Positions 37,772 to 48,508 of a DNA stretch of 64,000 nucleotides are shown piece by piece. Numbering within the stretch: the first letter of the stretch is position 1; each line of letters opens with the position of its first letter. The notes below the pieces were generated by a model, which ran no database searches, had not been told where the DNA came from, and saw only the letters and a program-made list of their open reading frames with translations. Position numbers and translations under genes: made by a program. Origin of the DNA: Oceanispirochaeta sp. (GTDB taxonomy: Bacteria > Spirochaetota > Spirochaetia > DSM-2461); NCBI GenBank assembly GCA_963666275.2, contig CAXXOA010000001.1:1536001-1600000 (forward strand), given 5' to 3'.

Positions 37772-40663
37772 ATGTCAGAAGAGGTGGATAACAAACAGCC
37801 CAAGGCTACGTTGATTAAGCATAAGAAATCAGACTCTCCCGGAAAATCCGATGGCGGCGATAAAAAGAAAGTCGTAGTTGTCAAAAAGAAAGTCGTTGTT
37901 AAAAAAGCTCATAAAGTAGTAACAACTAAAGACAATGACTCTGCATCAGACGCGGGCGGAAAAAAAGAATCCCGCAGCAATGATGACTTCAGACAGGAAG
38001 CTCCCAAGGGATCTGATGATAGTCAGAACAACAATGACTCCAGACCTGTCAGAACCGGACGGGCCGGAAATTACGCCGGCCGCAGCAGCGACGGCAGAGC
38101 GGGCAACTATGCGGGCCGCAGCAGTGACGGCCGTGCGGGCAACTATGCAGGCCGCAGCAGCGACGGCAGAGCAGGGAATCTGAGCAGAACCGGCAGAGCC
38201 GGAAATTACGCTCCCGGTGGGCGGAATTTTGATAGAAATAAACCCGGCGGCGGAAGGAGCAGCGGCTATCAGGGCAATAGACCTGACGGCGAAAGACCTT
38301 CCGGCGGCTATCAGGGTGATAGGCCCTCAGGCGGTTATCAGGGTAACAGATCCGGTGGCTATCAGGGTGATAGACCTTCCGGCGGTTATCAGGGTAACAG
38401 ATCCGGTGGCTACCAGGGTGATAGACCTTCCGGCGGTTATCAGGGCAACAGATCCGGTGGCTACCAGGGCGGCAGGCCCGGCGGCTATCAGGGCAACAGG
38501 CCTGACGGCGAAAGACCTTCCGGCGGTTACCAGGGCAACAGACCCGGTGGTTATCAGGGTGGCAGGCCCGGTGGTTATCAGGGCGGCAGGCCCGGTGGAC
38601 CTCAGGGCGGCAGACCCGGTGGACCTCAGGGCGGCAGACCCGGCGGCTATCAGGGCGGTAGACCCGGCGGTGCTCCTTCGGGACGGCCCGGCGGTTTTCA
38701 GAGGCGTCCGGGAACAGGCGGCGCGCCCGGTGCGGGCGGCAGAAATGCTGAACCTATAAAAGACAATCAGAAATCTACCCCTAAAAAGTTCTTCAAATCG
38801 AAAAAGAATAAATCTTTTCAGAAGAAGAAGGATCAGCAGACAGAAAAAATGCTGCAGTACAAGAAAAAGACTGTCAGCAATGCCAACCCTGTTCCTAAAG
38901 AAATTGATATCATGGAAGTTATCACTGTTTCTGAACTGGCTAGAAAAATGAATCTCAAAGCCAGTGATCTGATCGGGAAACTGATTGGAATGGGAATGAT
39001 GGTAACCATAAATCAGCAGATTGATGCGGAAACCGCTACAATTCTTGCGGATGAGTTCAACTGTAAGGTCAATATTGTATCTCTTTATGATGAAACTATT
39101 ATTGAATCTGAAAAAGATGTAGAAGAAGATCTGAAATCCAGACCTCCCATCATTGCGGTAATGGGTCATGTCGACCATGGAAAAACCAAACTTCTGGACG
39201 CCATCCGTCGGACCGATGTGGTTGCTGATGAGTTCGGTGGTATTACCCAGCATATCGGAGCCTATACAATAAAAAGCCATGACGGCAAAGATCTGACATT
39301 CCTGGATACTCCCGGACATGCGGCATTTACAATGATGCGTGCCAGAGGAGCTCAGGTTACCGACCTTGTTGTTCTTGTGGTGGCCGCCAATGACGGAGTT
39401 ATGCCTCAGACTGTGGAAGCAATCAACCATGCGAAAGCGGCAGAGGTTCCCATTATTATTGCCGTAAACAAAATGGACCTTCCCGAGGCTAATCCGGACC
39501 GTGTAAAACAGCAGCTGGCTGAGTATAATCTCATGCCGGAAGACTGGGGCGGTACGACTCAGTTTGTTCATATTTCTGCACTGAAAGGTGAGGGAATTGA
39601 TGATCTGATTGATACGATTATGCTTGAAGCCGAAATGATGGAACTGAAAGCCAGCTGGAATTGCCGGGCTGAAGGTAAAGTCATTGAATCCAAAGTGGAC
39701 CAGGGGCGTGGTATTGTTTCCACTGTACTGGTCGAACGGGGTGTCCTTAAAGTCGGTGACTCCTTTGTGGCAGGTGTATTTTCAGGTAAAGTCAGGGCGA
39801 TGTTCAATGACAAGGGAGAGAATGTCAATGAAGCGACTCCCTCTATGCCTGTGGAGATCCTCGGATTTACTGGTATTCCCAATTCGGGAGATCCTTTCCA
39901 GGTTACCGAAAACGAACGTGTTGCCCGTCAGTACGGACAGAAACGGCAGGAACTCCGGAAAATGGAAGATGCCAAGAATGTCAAGAAGATCACACTGGAC
40001 AACCTGTACGACAATATTCAGGCCGGCGATGTGCAGGAACTGAATGTCATTATCAAAGGTGATGTTCACGGATCTGTCGAGGCGATTCAGTCTGCGCTGG
40101 AAAAACTCAGCACTCCTGAAATCCGTCTTGTGTGCAAACATGCTGCCGCGGGTGCCATTATTGAAAATGATGTGAACCTGGCAGCCGCATCGGATGCCAT
40201 TATCATCGGATTCCATGTAAGACCGACTCCCAAAGCCCAGGCTGTGGCAGACAAGGAAAAAGTGGAAATCCGTAAATACAACGTTATTTATGATGTTGTG
40301 GAAGATATCCGTTCCGCCATGGAGGGAATGCTTATTCCCGATCTGGAAGAAGAAGTTATCGGTAAAGTGGAAGTCCGTGAGACTTTCAAAGTTCCCAAAG
40401 TCGGCGTCATTGCCGGTTGTATGGTTACTTCCGGTATTGTCACCAGAAAGAGCAGAGTTCATGTTATCCGGGAAGGAATTGAAGTCCATACAGGACCGAT
40501 CTCCTCTCTTAAACGGTTCAAGGATGATGCGAAAGAGGTTCGGGAAGGATTCGAATGTGGTCTTTCCGTAGAAAACTTCAATGAGATCCAGGTAGGAGAC
40601 GAATTGGAAGTTTTTGAAATGAAAGAGATCAAAAAGACTCTCGGGGAGCCTTCAGGCGCGTGA
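37772..40663 (+). CDS. infB: Translation initiation factor IF-2
   Basis: [38 protein letters not shown]. Confidence 0.99.
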   Translation: MSEEVDNKQPKATLIKHKKSDSPGKSDGGDKKKVVVVKKKVVVKKAHKVVTTKDNDSASDAGGKKESRSNDDFRQEAPKGSDDSQNNNDSRPVRTGRAGNYAGRSSDGRAGNYAGRSSDGRAGNYAGRSSDGRAGNLSRTGRAGNYAPGGRNFDRNKPGGGRSSGYQGNRPDGERPSGGYQGDRPSGGYQGNRSGGYQGDRPSGGYQGNRSGGYQGDRPSGGYQGNRSGGYQGGRPGGYQGNRPDGERPSGGYQGNRPGGYQGGRPGGYQGGRPGGPQGGRPGGPQGGRPGGYQGGRPGGAPSGRPGGFQRRPGTGGAPGAGGRNAEPIKDNQKSTPKKFFKSKKNKSFQKKKDQQTEKMLQYKKKTVSNANPVPKEIDIMEVITVSELARKMNLKASDLIGKLIGMGMMVTINQQIDAETATILADEFNCKVNIVSLYDETIIESEKDVEEDLKSRPPIIAVMGHVDHGKTKLLDAIRRTDVVADEFGGITQHIGAYTIKSHDGKDLTFLDTPGHAAFTMMRARGAQVTDLVVLVVAANDGVMPQTVEAINHAKAAEVPIIIAVNKMDLPEANPDRVKQQLAEYNLMPEDWGGTTQFVHISALKGEGIDDLIDTIMLEAEMMELKASWNCRAEGKVIESKVDQGRGIVSTVLVERGVLKVGDSFVAGVFSGKVRAMFNDKGENVNEATPSMPVEILGFTGIPNSGDPFQVTENERVARQYGQKRQELRKMEDAKNVKKITLDNLYDNIQAGDVQELNVIIKGDVHGSVEAIQSALEKLSTPEIRLVCKHAAAGAIIENDVNLAAASDAIIIGFHVRPTPKAQAVADKEKVEIRKYNVIYDVVEDIRSAMEGMLIPDLEEEVIGKVEVRETFKVPKVGVIAGCMVTSGIVTRKSRVHVIREGIEVHTGPISSLKRFKDDAKEVREGFECGLSVENFNEIQVGDELEVFEMKEIKKTLGEPSGA
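38057..38212 (+). repeat. 36-nt coding repeats ([12 protein letters not shown] x3 plus two partial copies) in IF2
   Basis: Identical peptide units at 38057, 38093 and 38129 with divergent synonymous codons. Confidence 0.9.
38258..38700 (+). repeat. GGYQG(N/D/G)R(P/S) coding repeat array in IF2
   Basis: 13 GYQG and 2 GPQG units counted in the translation. Confidence 0.9.
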
Positions 40664-41022
40664 ATGAATTAAGAATGAAAAGGGTTGAAAGTCTGATCCG
40701 TGATCAGATCAGCTCTCTTATTATGATGGGAGAGCTGAAAGACCCGCGTATAAATACACTTCTGTCTATCAGCGGAGTGAAAGTCTCCGCTGATCTGTCA
40801 ACGGCTAAAGTGATGATCTCCTCTCTCGAGGGAGAAGCCAAGCTGCAGAAAAGTGTGAAAGCACTGAATCATGCAGCGGGTTTTATTCAGGGCAGAATCG
40901 GAAAACAGCTGAGAATGCGTCTGACGCCGAAGCTTGTTTTTCTGATGGATACCTCTGTCCGTGACAGTGTCGCACTCAACAAGAAGATCGACAGCTTAGT
41001 TAATCATGACGGGGAAGAATAA
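40660..41022 (+). CDS. rbfA: Ribosome-binding factor A
   Basis: [26 protein letters not shown]. Confidence 0.95.
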   Translation: MNELRMKRVESLIRDQISSLIMMGELKDPRINTLLSISGVKVSADLSTAKVMISSLEGEAKLQKSVKALNHAAGFIQGRIGKQLRMRLTPKLVFLMDTSVRDSVALNKKIDSLVNHDGEE

Positions 41023-41890
41023 AAACGGAATCTTTTTTCTGGACAAACCCCCGGGTGAGACTTCCTTTCAGTCACTGAGCAGAATCAAAAAAGCCCTATC
41101 CACCGGTAAGGTCGGCCATACAGGCACTCTTGATAAGTTTGCTACGGGACTCCTCATCGTTCTTACCGGTAAATATACAAGGCTTAACAGCCTTATTACC
41201 GGTATGGATAAGGTTTATGAAGCTGAAATCACATTCGGGGCTGAAACAGATACGCTGGACCCCGAGGGGGCTGTAATTGCGGAAGCTCCGGTTCCGGATG
41301 AGGACGCTGTAAAAACAGCAATGCTTCGGTTTCTGGGGGATCAGGAACAGACGCCGCCTTTGTACTCTGCCGTCCATATCAATGGAGAAAGGGCACATCG
41401 GCTGGCAAGGAAGGGGATTTCAGCTGAAGTTCCCTCCCGACCGATCCACATCTATGCATTTGATTTTCTTTCCTACAGGGAAGGATGCCTTAAAGCCAGG
41501 GTTCACTGTTCTAAAGGTACCTACATACGCTCTCTGGCGAGAGATCTGGGGAGGGCCTGTGAAAGCCGTGCTTATGTGACGAATCTGAAACGGACGGCAA
41601 TCGGTCCCTATCGGCTGGATAAAAGCATCAATGCCGGGAATCTGAAAGGCCCGGAGGATTTTTATCCCTGGAAAGAGTTTTTCCGCCGTCTTGAGAATGC
41701 GGCGATTCTGCAGGTCAGAGATGATTCTCTGAGTAAAATTGCCAATGGTGTTCCTTTCAGTCGGGATTTTCTTGTTTCTCCTGAGTCTGAACCGGCCCCG
41801 CTGTCTGTTCTTGAGGATTCCTCTGGTGAGCCGGCGGCAATCCTCAGTGCCGAAGAGGGGCGCTTCCGTTACAGGATTATTTTCAACTGA
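41006..41890 (+). CDS. truB: tRNA pseudouridine(55) synthase
   Basis: DKPPG.TS, GHTGTLD, CSKGTYIRSLARDLG. Confidence 0.97.
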   Translation: MTGKNKNGIFFLDKPPGETSFQSLSRIKKALSTGKVGHTGTLDKFATGLLIVLTGKYTRLNSLITGMDKVYEAEITFGAETDTLDPEGAVIAEAPVPDEDAVKTAMLRFLGDQEQTPPLYSAVHINGERAHRLARKGISAEVPSRPIHIYAFDFLSYREGCLKARVHCSKGTYIRSLARDLGRACESRAYVTNLKRTAIGPYRLDKSINAGNLKGPEDFYPWKEFFRRLENAAILQVRDDSLSKIANGVPFSRDFLVSPESEPAPLSVLEDSSGEPAAILSAEEGRFRYRIIFN

Positions 41891-41907
41891 CATAGGGATT
41901 AGTAAGA

Positions 41908-41935
41908 TTGACTTTTATATTTTTATCTGTAAAAT
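41908..41935 (+). promoter_or_regulatory. sigma70-type promoter of rpsO-pnp
   Basis: TTGACT, 16 nt, TAAAAT. Confidence 0.6.
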
Positions 41936-42036
41936 GGTGTTTTCAGGTACTGATTCTTAACGGGGTGTTACTCTGTAGGTAATCGGTGTAGAGCCTGGTT
42001 TTATAAATTTTTTATTTTTTGGGAGTTAATAATATT

Positions 42037-42303
42037 ATGTTAACCAAAGACGACAAAGCAAACATTGTTACTGAATTCGGAAAAGACGGTGCAGATACCG
42101 GATCTACAGAGGTGCAGATTGCTCTTCTGACAAAAAGGATTGAAGATCTGTCCGAACACTTTAAATCACACAAAAAAGATCACGCTTCCAGAAGGGGACT
42201 GCTTAAAATGGTAGGTACCCGGCGTAAACTCTTGAAATACCTTAAAAGAAAGGATCTTAATAGTTACAGGGAGCTGATTGCGAAACTCGGTCTTAGAAAA
42301 TAA
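42037..42303 (+). CDS. rpsO: 30S ribosomal protein S15
   Basis: [30 protein letters not shown] at 42037 after GGGAG. Confidence 0.98.
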   Translation: MLTKDDKANIVTEFGKDGADTGSTEVQIALLTKRIEDLSEHFKSHKKDHASRRGLLKMVGTRRKLLKYLKRKDLNSYRELIAKLGLRK

Positions 42304-42321
42304 TAAGACAAAGGACATTAA

Positions 42322-44433
42322 ATGGAAACTTTCAAATTTAGAATTGGTGAAGAGGACCTCATTCTGGAAACCGGAAAGATTGCACGGCAGGCTAATGGCT
42401 CTGTTATTGCAAAATATGCCGGTTCAACAGTTATGGCAACAGTCTGCTGCGGATCTGAGTCTGTAGAAGGCCTGGACTATGTTCCTCTTTCAGTGGACTA
42501 TAATGAACGCTACTACGCTGCCGGTAAAATCCCCGGCGGTTTTCTCAAGAGGGAAGCAAGGCCGAAGGACAAGGAAATCCTGGTTTCCCGTCTGATCGAC
42601 CGGCCCATGCGTCCCCTTTTCTATAAAGAGTTCGGAAGAGAGATTCAGGTTGTACCTATGACTATCTCTACCGATCAGATTCATACACCTGACGTCATTG
42701 GAATGATCGCTTCTTTCGCTGCTGTTATGGTATCTGATATTCCCTTTAACGGACCTGTAGCTGCTGTCAGAGTGGCTTCACTGAACGGCGAATATGTTAT
42801 CAATCCTACTTTTCAGCAGATTGAAGAGAGTGAACTGGACATTATCGTCGCTGCGTCAGACGATGGTATCTGCATGGTTGAAGGGGGAGCCAAAGAGGTT
42901 TCTGAAGAACTCATGCTGGGTGCTATCCAGGCGGCAGAAGTCATTCTGAAAGATCTCTGTGCTTTTCTGGCTGATATGGCTGCTAAATGCGGTAAGGAAA
43001 AACTTCCTTTAACCGAAAAGACAATCAAGCTTGAAAAATGGGATGAAATCTGGAATGAAATCTATCCCCAGATGGAAAAAGCCTGTTTTGAAGATGGTAA
43101 GTTCGCTAGAAGATATGCCATCAAAGCCATTAAGAATGCAGTAATGGAAAAATACGGAGAAGAGATTCCCGAAGAGCAGCAGAAGCTGGTAGGGGATCTT
43201 TTTGAAGAGATGGAACGGGTTATTATCCGAACCTCCATTATTGAAGACAATAAGCGCTGCGACCAGAGAAAGAGCGATGAAATTCGCCCCATTACCTGCG
43301 AAGTCGATCTGCTGCAGAGAACTCACGGCAGTGCTCTGTTTACCAGAGGGGAAACCCAGTCTATCGGTGTAACTACTCTTGGCAGTGTTCTTGATGAACA
43401 GATCATGGATGATATAGACGGTGACAGAAGAGCCAGCTTTATGCTGCACTATAACTTCCCTCCCTACTCTGTAGGTGAAACAGGAAGGCTCGGTACCGGA
43501 CGTCGTGAAATCGGCCATGGTCACCTGGCTCAGCGGGCGCTGGAAGGTGTACTTCCTCCCAAAGATAAATTTCCCTATACAATCCGTGTTGTTTCCGAGA
43601 TCACAGAATCCAACGGTTCTTCCTCTCAGGCCACGATCTGTAGTGGAACTCTGTCCCTGCTGAATGCGGGTGTTCCCATCCGCAAACCCGTTGCCGGTAT
43701 AGCCATGGGTCTTATCAAGGAAGGCGAGAAGTTTGTTGTTCTTTCCGACATCCTCGGTGAAGAGGATCATATGGGAGATATGGACTTCAAGGTTGCCGGA
43801 TCTGAAGACGGTATTACCGCTTTCCAGATGGATATCAAGATTCCGGGAATCAGTATCGACATCATGAAATCTGCTCTTCAGCAGGCTCTTGAGGGACGTA
43901 AACACATTCTGGGTATCATGAATGAAACAATCAGTGAACCCAACGAAGATGTGTCGGATTTTGCACCGAAAGTCCTTTCCATGAAAGTGGATGTGGACAA
44001 AATCGGTCTTCTGATCGGTCCCGGTGGTAAAAACATCAAGTCCATGTCTGAAAAGAGTGGTGCTAAAATCAATATCGATGAGGATGGAACAATCAGCATT
44101 TTTGCCCGTGAAAAGAAAGGGGCTGTAATGGCTGAAACCATGATCAAAGGTATGATTGAGGAACCTGAAGTAGGACGAGTCTATCAGGGTGTGGTAAAAC
44201 GCATTATGGATTTCGGTGCTTTTATTGAAATCCTGCCCGGAAAAGAGGGACTCTGTCACATTTCCAAGCTTTCTAAAGAACGTGTGAACAGTGTTTCAGA
44301 CATTCTGAAAGAGGGACAGGAAATTGAAGTCCGTCTCATTGAAGTGGATAGAATGGGCAGAATCAACCTCAGTGTTGTAGATGCACAGGATGCCAACTGG
44401 AAACCCCGTTCCGGCGGCGGTAACCGCAGATAG
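42322..44433 (+). CDS. pnp: Polyribonucleotide nucleotidyltransferase
   Basis: AGKIPGGFLKRE, FTRGETQ, RREIGHG, GDMDFKVAG, KH and S1 domains. Confidence 0.99.
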   Translation: METFKFRIGEEDLILETGKIARQANGSVIAKYAGSTVMATVCCGSESVEGLDYVPLSVDYNERYYAAGKIPGGFLKREARPKDKEILVSRLIDRPMRPLFYKEFGREIQVVPMTISTDQIHTPDVIGMIASFAAVMVSDIPFNGPVAAVRVASLNGEYVINPTFQQIEESELDIIVAASDDGICMVEGGAKEVSEELMLGAIQAAEVILKDLCAFLADMAAKCGKEKLPLTEKTIKLEKWDEIWNEIYPQMEKACFEDGKFARRYAIKAIKNAVMEKYGEEIPEEQQKLVGDLFEEMERVIIRTSIIEDNKRCDQRKSDEIRPITCEVDLLQRTHGSALFTRGETQSIGVTTLGSVLDEQIMDDIDGDRRASFMLHYNFPPYSVGETGRLGTGRREIGHGHLAQRALEGVLPPKDKFPYTIRVVSEITESNGSSSQATICSGTLSLLNAGVPIRKPVAGIAMGLIKEGEKFVVLSDILGEEDHMGDMDFKVAGSEDGITAFQMDIKIPGISIDIMKSALQQALEGRKHILGIMNETISEPNEDVSDFAPKVLSMKVDVDKIGLLIGPGGKNIKSMSEKSGAKINIDEDGTISIFAREKKGAVMAETMIKGMIEEPEVGRVYQGVVKRIMDFGAFIEILPGKEGLCHISKLSKERVNSVSDILKEGQEIEVRLIEVDRMGRINLSVVDAQDANWKPRSGGGNRR

Positions 44434-44454
44434 ATTCTATCGAAAGATAATCAA

Positions 44455-44486
44455 AGGAGGGGGCTGTTTTCTGACAGCTCCTTTTT
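44455..44486 (+). terminator. Intrinsic terminator after pnp
   Basis: GGGGCTGT / ACAGCTCC stem followed by TTTTT. Confidence 0.65.
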
Positions 44487-44507
44487 CAATTATAAAGGAA
44501 TGTAATC

Positions 44508-44948
44508 ATGAAAAAAATCCAGGTTCCCGTTACGGGCAATAGCGAGATGACTCCCCATTATGGATCAGATCTGGCTGCCGGTGCTGATCTGAGAGCTGAT
44601 ATTGAAGAACCTATTGTGATCGAACCGGGGCGGCACTGCATGATTCCCACGGGGCTTAAAATGGCGATACCCGCTGGATACGAAGGCCAGGTACGACCCC
44701 GGTCCGGACTGGCCGCAAAACATGGCCTGACGGTTCTGAATACACCAGGGACCATCGATGCCGATTACAGGGGGGATGTAAAAGTTATCCTTATCAATCT
44801 CGGCCCCGATGCTGTTACCATACACAGGGGCGAGAGGATTGCCCAGCTTGTTATTGCCCCGGTCCTGAGAGCGGATTTTGTCTGGACCGATTCTCTGGAA
44901 GAGACCGGGCGAGGTGAGGGAGGTTTCGGCTCAACCGGAAGAAAGTAA
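44508..44948 (+). CDS. dut: dUTP diphosphatase
   Basis: [36 protein letters not shown]. Confidence 0.98.
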   Translation: MKKIQVPVTGNSEMTPHYGSDLAAGADLRADIEEPIVIEPGRHCMIPTGLKMAIPAGYEGQVRPRSGLAAKHGLTVLNTPGTIDADYRGDVKVILINLGPDAVTIHRGERIAQLVIAPVLRADFVWTDSLEETGRGEGGFGSTGRK

Positions 44949-46033
44949 TGAGAGCTTTTCTGATCTTCTGCTTTTTTTTATGGTTCTCTTCTCCTTTTTA
45001 CGGAGAGAATCTCCTCCTGGAGGAGCTTGAAACAGCAGTGGAAAATGGAAATTATCACAGAATCCTCTCGTTAAGAAATGAAATCCTCGGCTCCCTGGAA
45101 AAAGAAAAGGATCCACTGATCAGAACAGTTTTAAAAAGAGCCCTCTGGATTGATGGGATATCTTTTACAGGCAGTGGTGTTTTTGATCCCTTCATTTCCT
45201 CTCTGAAAGTCGTGGATGATGATGTCTGGATCGGTACCAGGAGCGGGGATATCGCCAGATACTCCCTTTCAGAAAGGCAGTGGTTCCTGCTTCAGCAGGG
45301 AGCCCCGTCTCTGGCCATACGATCAGTGAATGCCATAGAAGCTGACAGGGACAGGATCTGGTTTCTGTCCTACGGCTCGGTACATATGTATGACAGAAGA
45401 ACAGGCCGCCTGTTCCGGGCGGATCTTCCGGACAGTGTAGCCTATAGAGGGATGCAGAGCCTTTCCATGCTGGGGCGTGGCGTTCTGGTGGGAACCCAGG
45501 GTCAGGGACTGAGAAGGATCCTCCTCCGGGAGGAGACAAACCTTTCCTATCCGGATTTGAAAAATGTTTCCTATCTGAAGCAGATGGATGATGATACCCT
45601 TTACGCCGGTACGGAGGAACACGGCCTTTTTCTTGTGGACAGGGCCGGGAAAATACTCCCTGCTGTAGAGAATAACAGGCGGACATCCGGTGTAAGAGTC
45701 CTTATTCCTATGGAAAATGGCTTGCTGGCCGGATCCTACGGCAATGGATTGTTCCTGCTGGAAAAAACAGGAAACAGATTCGATTACAGTAAAATCTACA
45801 CTGCCGCTCACTGGATTACCGGTGGATCCGCAACAGCCCGGGGCTATTGCTTCAGTTCTCTGGGAAATGGTTTAATATATATGGATGGAAATGATATGTC
45901 CTTGCACTTTGCAGGAATTGAGGAAGGCCTTCCTACACTGGATTATACCAGTATAGATTACAGTGCTCCTTATTTAATCTGCGGAACTCAGGATCAGGGG
46001 TTGCTAGTTGTACACGAAGACTTTTTTAAATAG
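44948..46033 (+). CDS. Exported beta-propeller protein
   Basis: Signal peptide; repeated (V/L)W/Y.GT..GL blades (VWIGTRSG, LVGTQGQGL, LYAGTEEHGL, LAGSYGNGL). Confidence 0.7.
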   Translation: MRAFLIFCFFLWFSSPFYGENLLLEELETAVENGNYHRILSLRNEILGSLEKEKDPLIRTVLKRALWIDGISFTGSGVFDPFISSLKVVDDDVWIGTRSGDIARYSLSERQWFLLQQGAPSLAIRSVNAIEADRDRIWFLSYGSVHMYDRRTGRLFRADLPDSVAYRGMQSLSMLGRGVLVGTQGQGLRRILLREETNLSYPDLKNVSYLKQMDDDTLYAGTEEHGLFLVDRAGKILPAVENNRRTSGVRVLIPMENGLLAGSYGNGLFLLEKTGNRFDYSKIYTAAHWITGGSATARGYCFSSLGNGLIYMDGNDMSLHFAGIEEGLPTLDYTSIDYSAPYLICGTQDQGLLVVHEDFFK

Positions 46034-47309
46034 AAAAGGATCCTATTTTACTCTCTACTGGTACATATCAAAGGAATTTTTTCTTTCTTTTCTGGTCTCC
46101 TTTCTTTTTTTCTTTTTTATATTTTTTATAAATCAGCTGCTCCTTCTCGCCGAGGATATCCTGGCAAAACAGGTGCCTTTTCAGGATGTTATTCGTCTGA
46201 TCTTCTACTCCCTTCCGTCCATCATTGCCATCTCTTTTCCTTTTGCCACTCTTGTGGGAACTCTCATGACCTTCGGGCGCTTCTCTTCGGACAATGAAAT
46301 ACTTGCCATGAAGTGTTCGGGGATTACCTATAACAGGATTTTTCTGCCTGTGTTTATCATTGGTATCCTCTTTTCGTTTCTTTCCTTTTTTGTGAACGAC
46401 TACCTGCTCCCCCTGGGGACAATGAGGTTTACAAAACTCTACCGGGAGCTGATATACAGAAATCCCGAAATGGAACTGGAGTCCTATTCGATCAAATATT
46501 TTCAGGATAAAATCCTTATTACCGGAGTTGTGAACGGCAAGAGCATAGACAATATGATTATCATCGAAAAGGACAGTGAATCTGACCGGAGGATCATCAC
46601 AGCAGACAGGGGAGAGATCGACAGTTCTTTTGAAGACAACGGGGTGATCTCTTTTCAGCTGGAATCGATTCTTGACCATGAGTCGGTGAAAAGGAATCAG
46701 GGGGAATACTCCTACAGCAGGGCGGACAGGATGGTGTACAATATCCTGCTGAAGGATATTACCAACTCCATAAGAAATCCCGGTCCCAGAGAGATGAGTT
46801 CTCTGGATGTGTACAGAAGCATTAAAGAGAAGCAGATTAAATACGATCTGAAGGTTTTTCAGCAGGAACAGAAAGTTCTGCAGAGCTTTTCCTCCTACTA
46901 TGGAAACTGGCTTTCCATGAACAGTGAAACAAATCCTTCTCACCTGAAGGATGAAACTCTGCGGATAAACCTACTGAGAGACAGTTTTGAAAAGAACAGG
47001 GGGTCCACTGTTCATGACAGGTCTCTTCAGGTATGGAAACTGGAATTCTATCAGAAATTCGCCATTCCATTTTCCTGTCTGCCCTTTGTTATTCTGGCAT
47101 TCCCCCTGGGGCTGTTTACGAAACGCAGCGGAAAGTCCGTTGGCTTCGGGATCGGACTTTTTATTACCATCCTCTACTGGGGAATGCTTGTGGCAGGAAG
47201 AACCATGGGAATCAGGACCTTCTATCCCCCCGCATTGACCATGTGGTTCCCCAATATTCTGATCCTGGTCGTCGGTATGACCCTCTATCTTTTCAGGGCG
47301 GGAAAATGA
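46008..47309 (+). CDS. lptF: LptF/LptG family permease
   Basis: 3+3 TM layout, FSSDNEILAMKCSG, YLLP, FAIPFSCL; start uncertain. Confidence 0.85.
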   Translation: MYTKTFLNRKGSYFTLYWYISKEFFLSFLVSFLFFFFIFFINQLLLLAEDILAKQVPFQDVIRLIFYSLPSIIAISFPFATLVGTLMTFGRFSSDNEILAMKCSGITYNRIFLPVFIIGILFSFLSFFVNDYLLPLGTMRFTKLYRELIYRNPEMELESYSIKYFQDKILITGVVNGKSIDNMIIIEKDSESDRRIITADRGEIDSSFEDNGVISFQLESILDHESVKRNQGEYSYSRADRMVYNILLKDITNSIRNPGPREMSSLDVYRSIKEKQIKYDLKVFQQEQKVLQSFSSYYGNWLSMNSETNPSHLKDETLRINLLRDSFEKNRGSTVHDRSLQVWKLEFYQKFAIPFSCLPFVILAFPLGLFTKRSGKSVGFGIGLFITILYWGMLVAGRTMGIRTFYPPALTMWFPNILILVVGMTLYLFRAGK

Positions 47310-48388
47310 ACACACTTCATAAAATGATTATCAAAGATTTCATTCCGACTCTGCTGGTGTCCATGATGTTTTTTTTGCTGATTCTGCAGCTTGTGGATCT
47401 TTTCGGAAATCTCTGGCGCTATCTGAATGCAGAGGTCCCGCTCCGGGATATCGGACGTGTCGCTCTCCTGTACATTCCCAAGTGCATCTCTTTTTCCATG
47501 CCTATCTCGATCCTTTTTTCAATCTCTTTCATTCTGGGAAACTACTATGCCAACAATGAACTGATTGCGGTTTTCGGATCAGGATATTCTCTTTACCGCT
47601 TCACATTGCCTCTGATAATTATTGGACTGCTGCTCAGTCTGGGAGGTTTCTACTTCGAGGACAGGGTCGTGATTCCCACATACAAAGAAAAGAATGCCCT
47701 CTCTGATCTGCTTCTGGGGCAGTCCGCTTCCATGAGCAACTCCAATGTGACCGTACTCAGCCACAGGAACCAGATTATCTACAATGCGGATTTCTACAAT
47801 GATCAGAGAAAGAGTCTGACAGGAGTGACCCTGCTTTTTTTCACTCCCCAGGGGGAATTCCTCTCCCGGGTGGACGGTTCCCGGGCGGAATGGAACGAAA
47901 AGGAGGGCTGGGTTGTCAGGAATGCCAGAATCTTCCGTTTTTCCGGGGAAACCGGTTATATGGAGGAGGAGAACAGTGCCTCCTGGAGTGACGAACGACT
48001 GGATGAACCTCCCGGGTCCTTTCAGAGGCTGACCCGTAAAATTGATGAAATGAACTCGCAGGATGCCAAAATCTGGGTGGAATCCCTGAGGAGAACCGGT
48101 TTTCCCTATAAAGGGGCTCTCACAGAGTATTATCAGCGTTTTTCCTTTGCTCTCACACCCCTTGTGGTCGCCATGCTTTCCTGTTCCCTGGGGGGACGGT
48201 TTAAAAAGAACATACTTCTTATGAGCCTCCTTTCCAGCCTGGTGGTTTCTGTTATATATTACGTTACTCAGATGATAATGGTATTATTGGCAAAGCTCGG
48301 GTATATACCGCCTCTGTACGGTGCCTGGGCGGCCTTTGTCCTTTTCAGTCTGGTCGGGCTGGTCCTGTTGAAGACGGCCCACACTTAA
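47306..48388 (+). CDS. lptG: LptF/LptG family permease
   Basis: ATGA overlap with the upstream permease; NNELIAVFGSG, FSFALTP, GYIPPLYGAW. Confidence 0.85.
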   Translation: MNTLHKMIIKDFIPTLLVSMMFFLLILQLVDLFGNLWRYLNAEVPLRDIGRVALLYIPKCISFSMPISILFSISFILGNYYANNELIAVFGSGYSLYRFTLPLIIIGLLLSLGGFYFEDRVVIPTYKEKNALSDLLLGQSASMSNSNVTVLSHRNQIIYNADFYNDQRKSLTGVTLLFFTPQGEFLSRVDGSRAEWNEKEGWVVRNARIFRFSGETGYMEEENSASWSDERLDEPPGSFQRLTRKIDEMNSQDAKIWVESLRRTGFPYKGALTEYYQRFSFALTPLVVAMLSCSLGGRFKKNILLMSLLSSLVVSVIYYVTQMIMVLLAKLGYIPPLYGAWAAFVLFSLVGLVLLKTAHT

Positions 48389-48508
48389 ATGGATTAAACA
48401 CGGCAGCGACGGCGGGAATCAGTCAGTTTCAATTGATAGGACACCCTTTGCCGGCTGCCGGAAGAATGCCTCCTTTTTCAGAGGAGCCTGATTTTCAGAG
48501 GAGAAAAA

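Noticed and set aside
38258..38700. Repeat array as a possible CRISPR
   Set aside because: Units are in-frame, degenerate at third codon positions, lack unique spacers, and no cas genes are present
38327..39571. 414-aa antisense ORF and the 180-aa +1-frame repeat ORF (38217-38759) in infB
   Set aside because: Shadow frames of a conserved gene and its repeat tract; no RBS or independent motifs
41890..42037. No ribF between truB and rpsO
   Set aside because: No remnant visible; direct truB-rpsO adjacency also occurs in other spirochaetes such as Borrelia
43009..44259. 416-aa antisense ORF over pnp
   Set aside because: Lies wholly opposite a highly expressed core gene; explained by codon bias
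47033..47305. N-terminal extension of the lptG ORF overlapping lptF
   Set aside because: The ATG at 47306 (ATGA overlap) gives a normal-length permease; no frameshift fusion needed
48411..48420. GGCGGGAATC matching 10 nt of the tmRNA att-like core
   Set aside because: Too short, lacks the acceptor-stem portion and sits among syntenic core genes; likely chance
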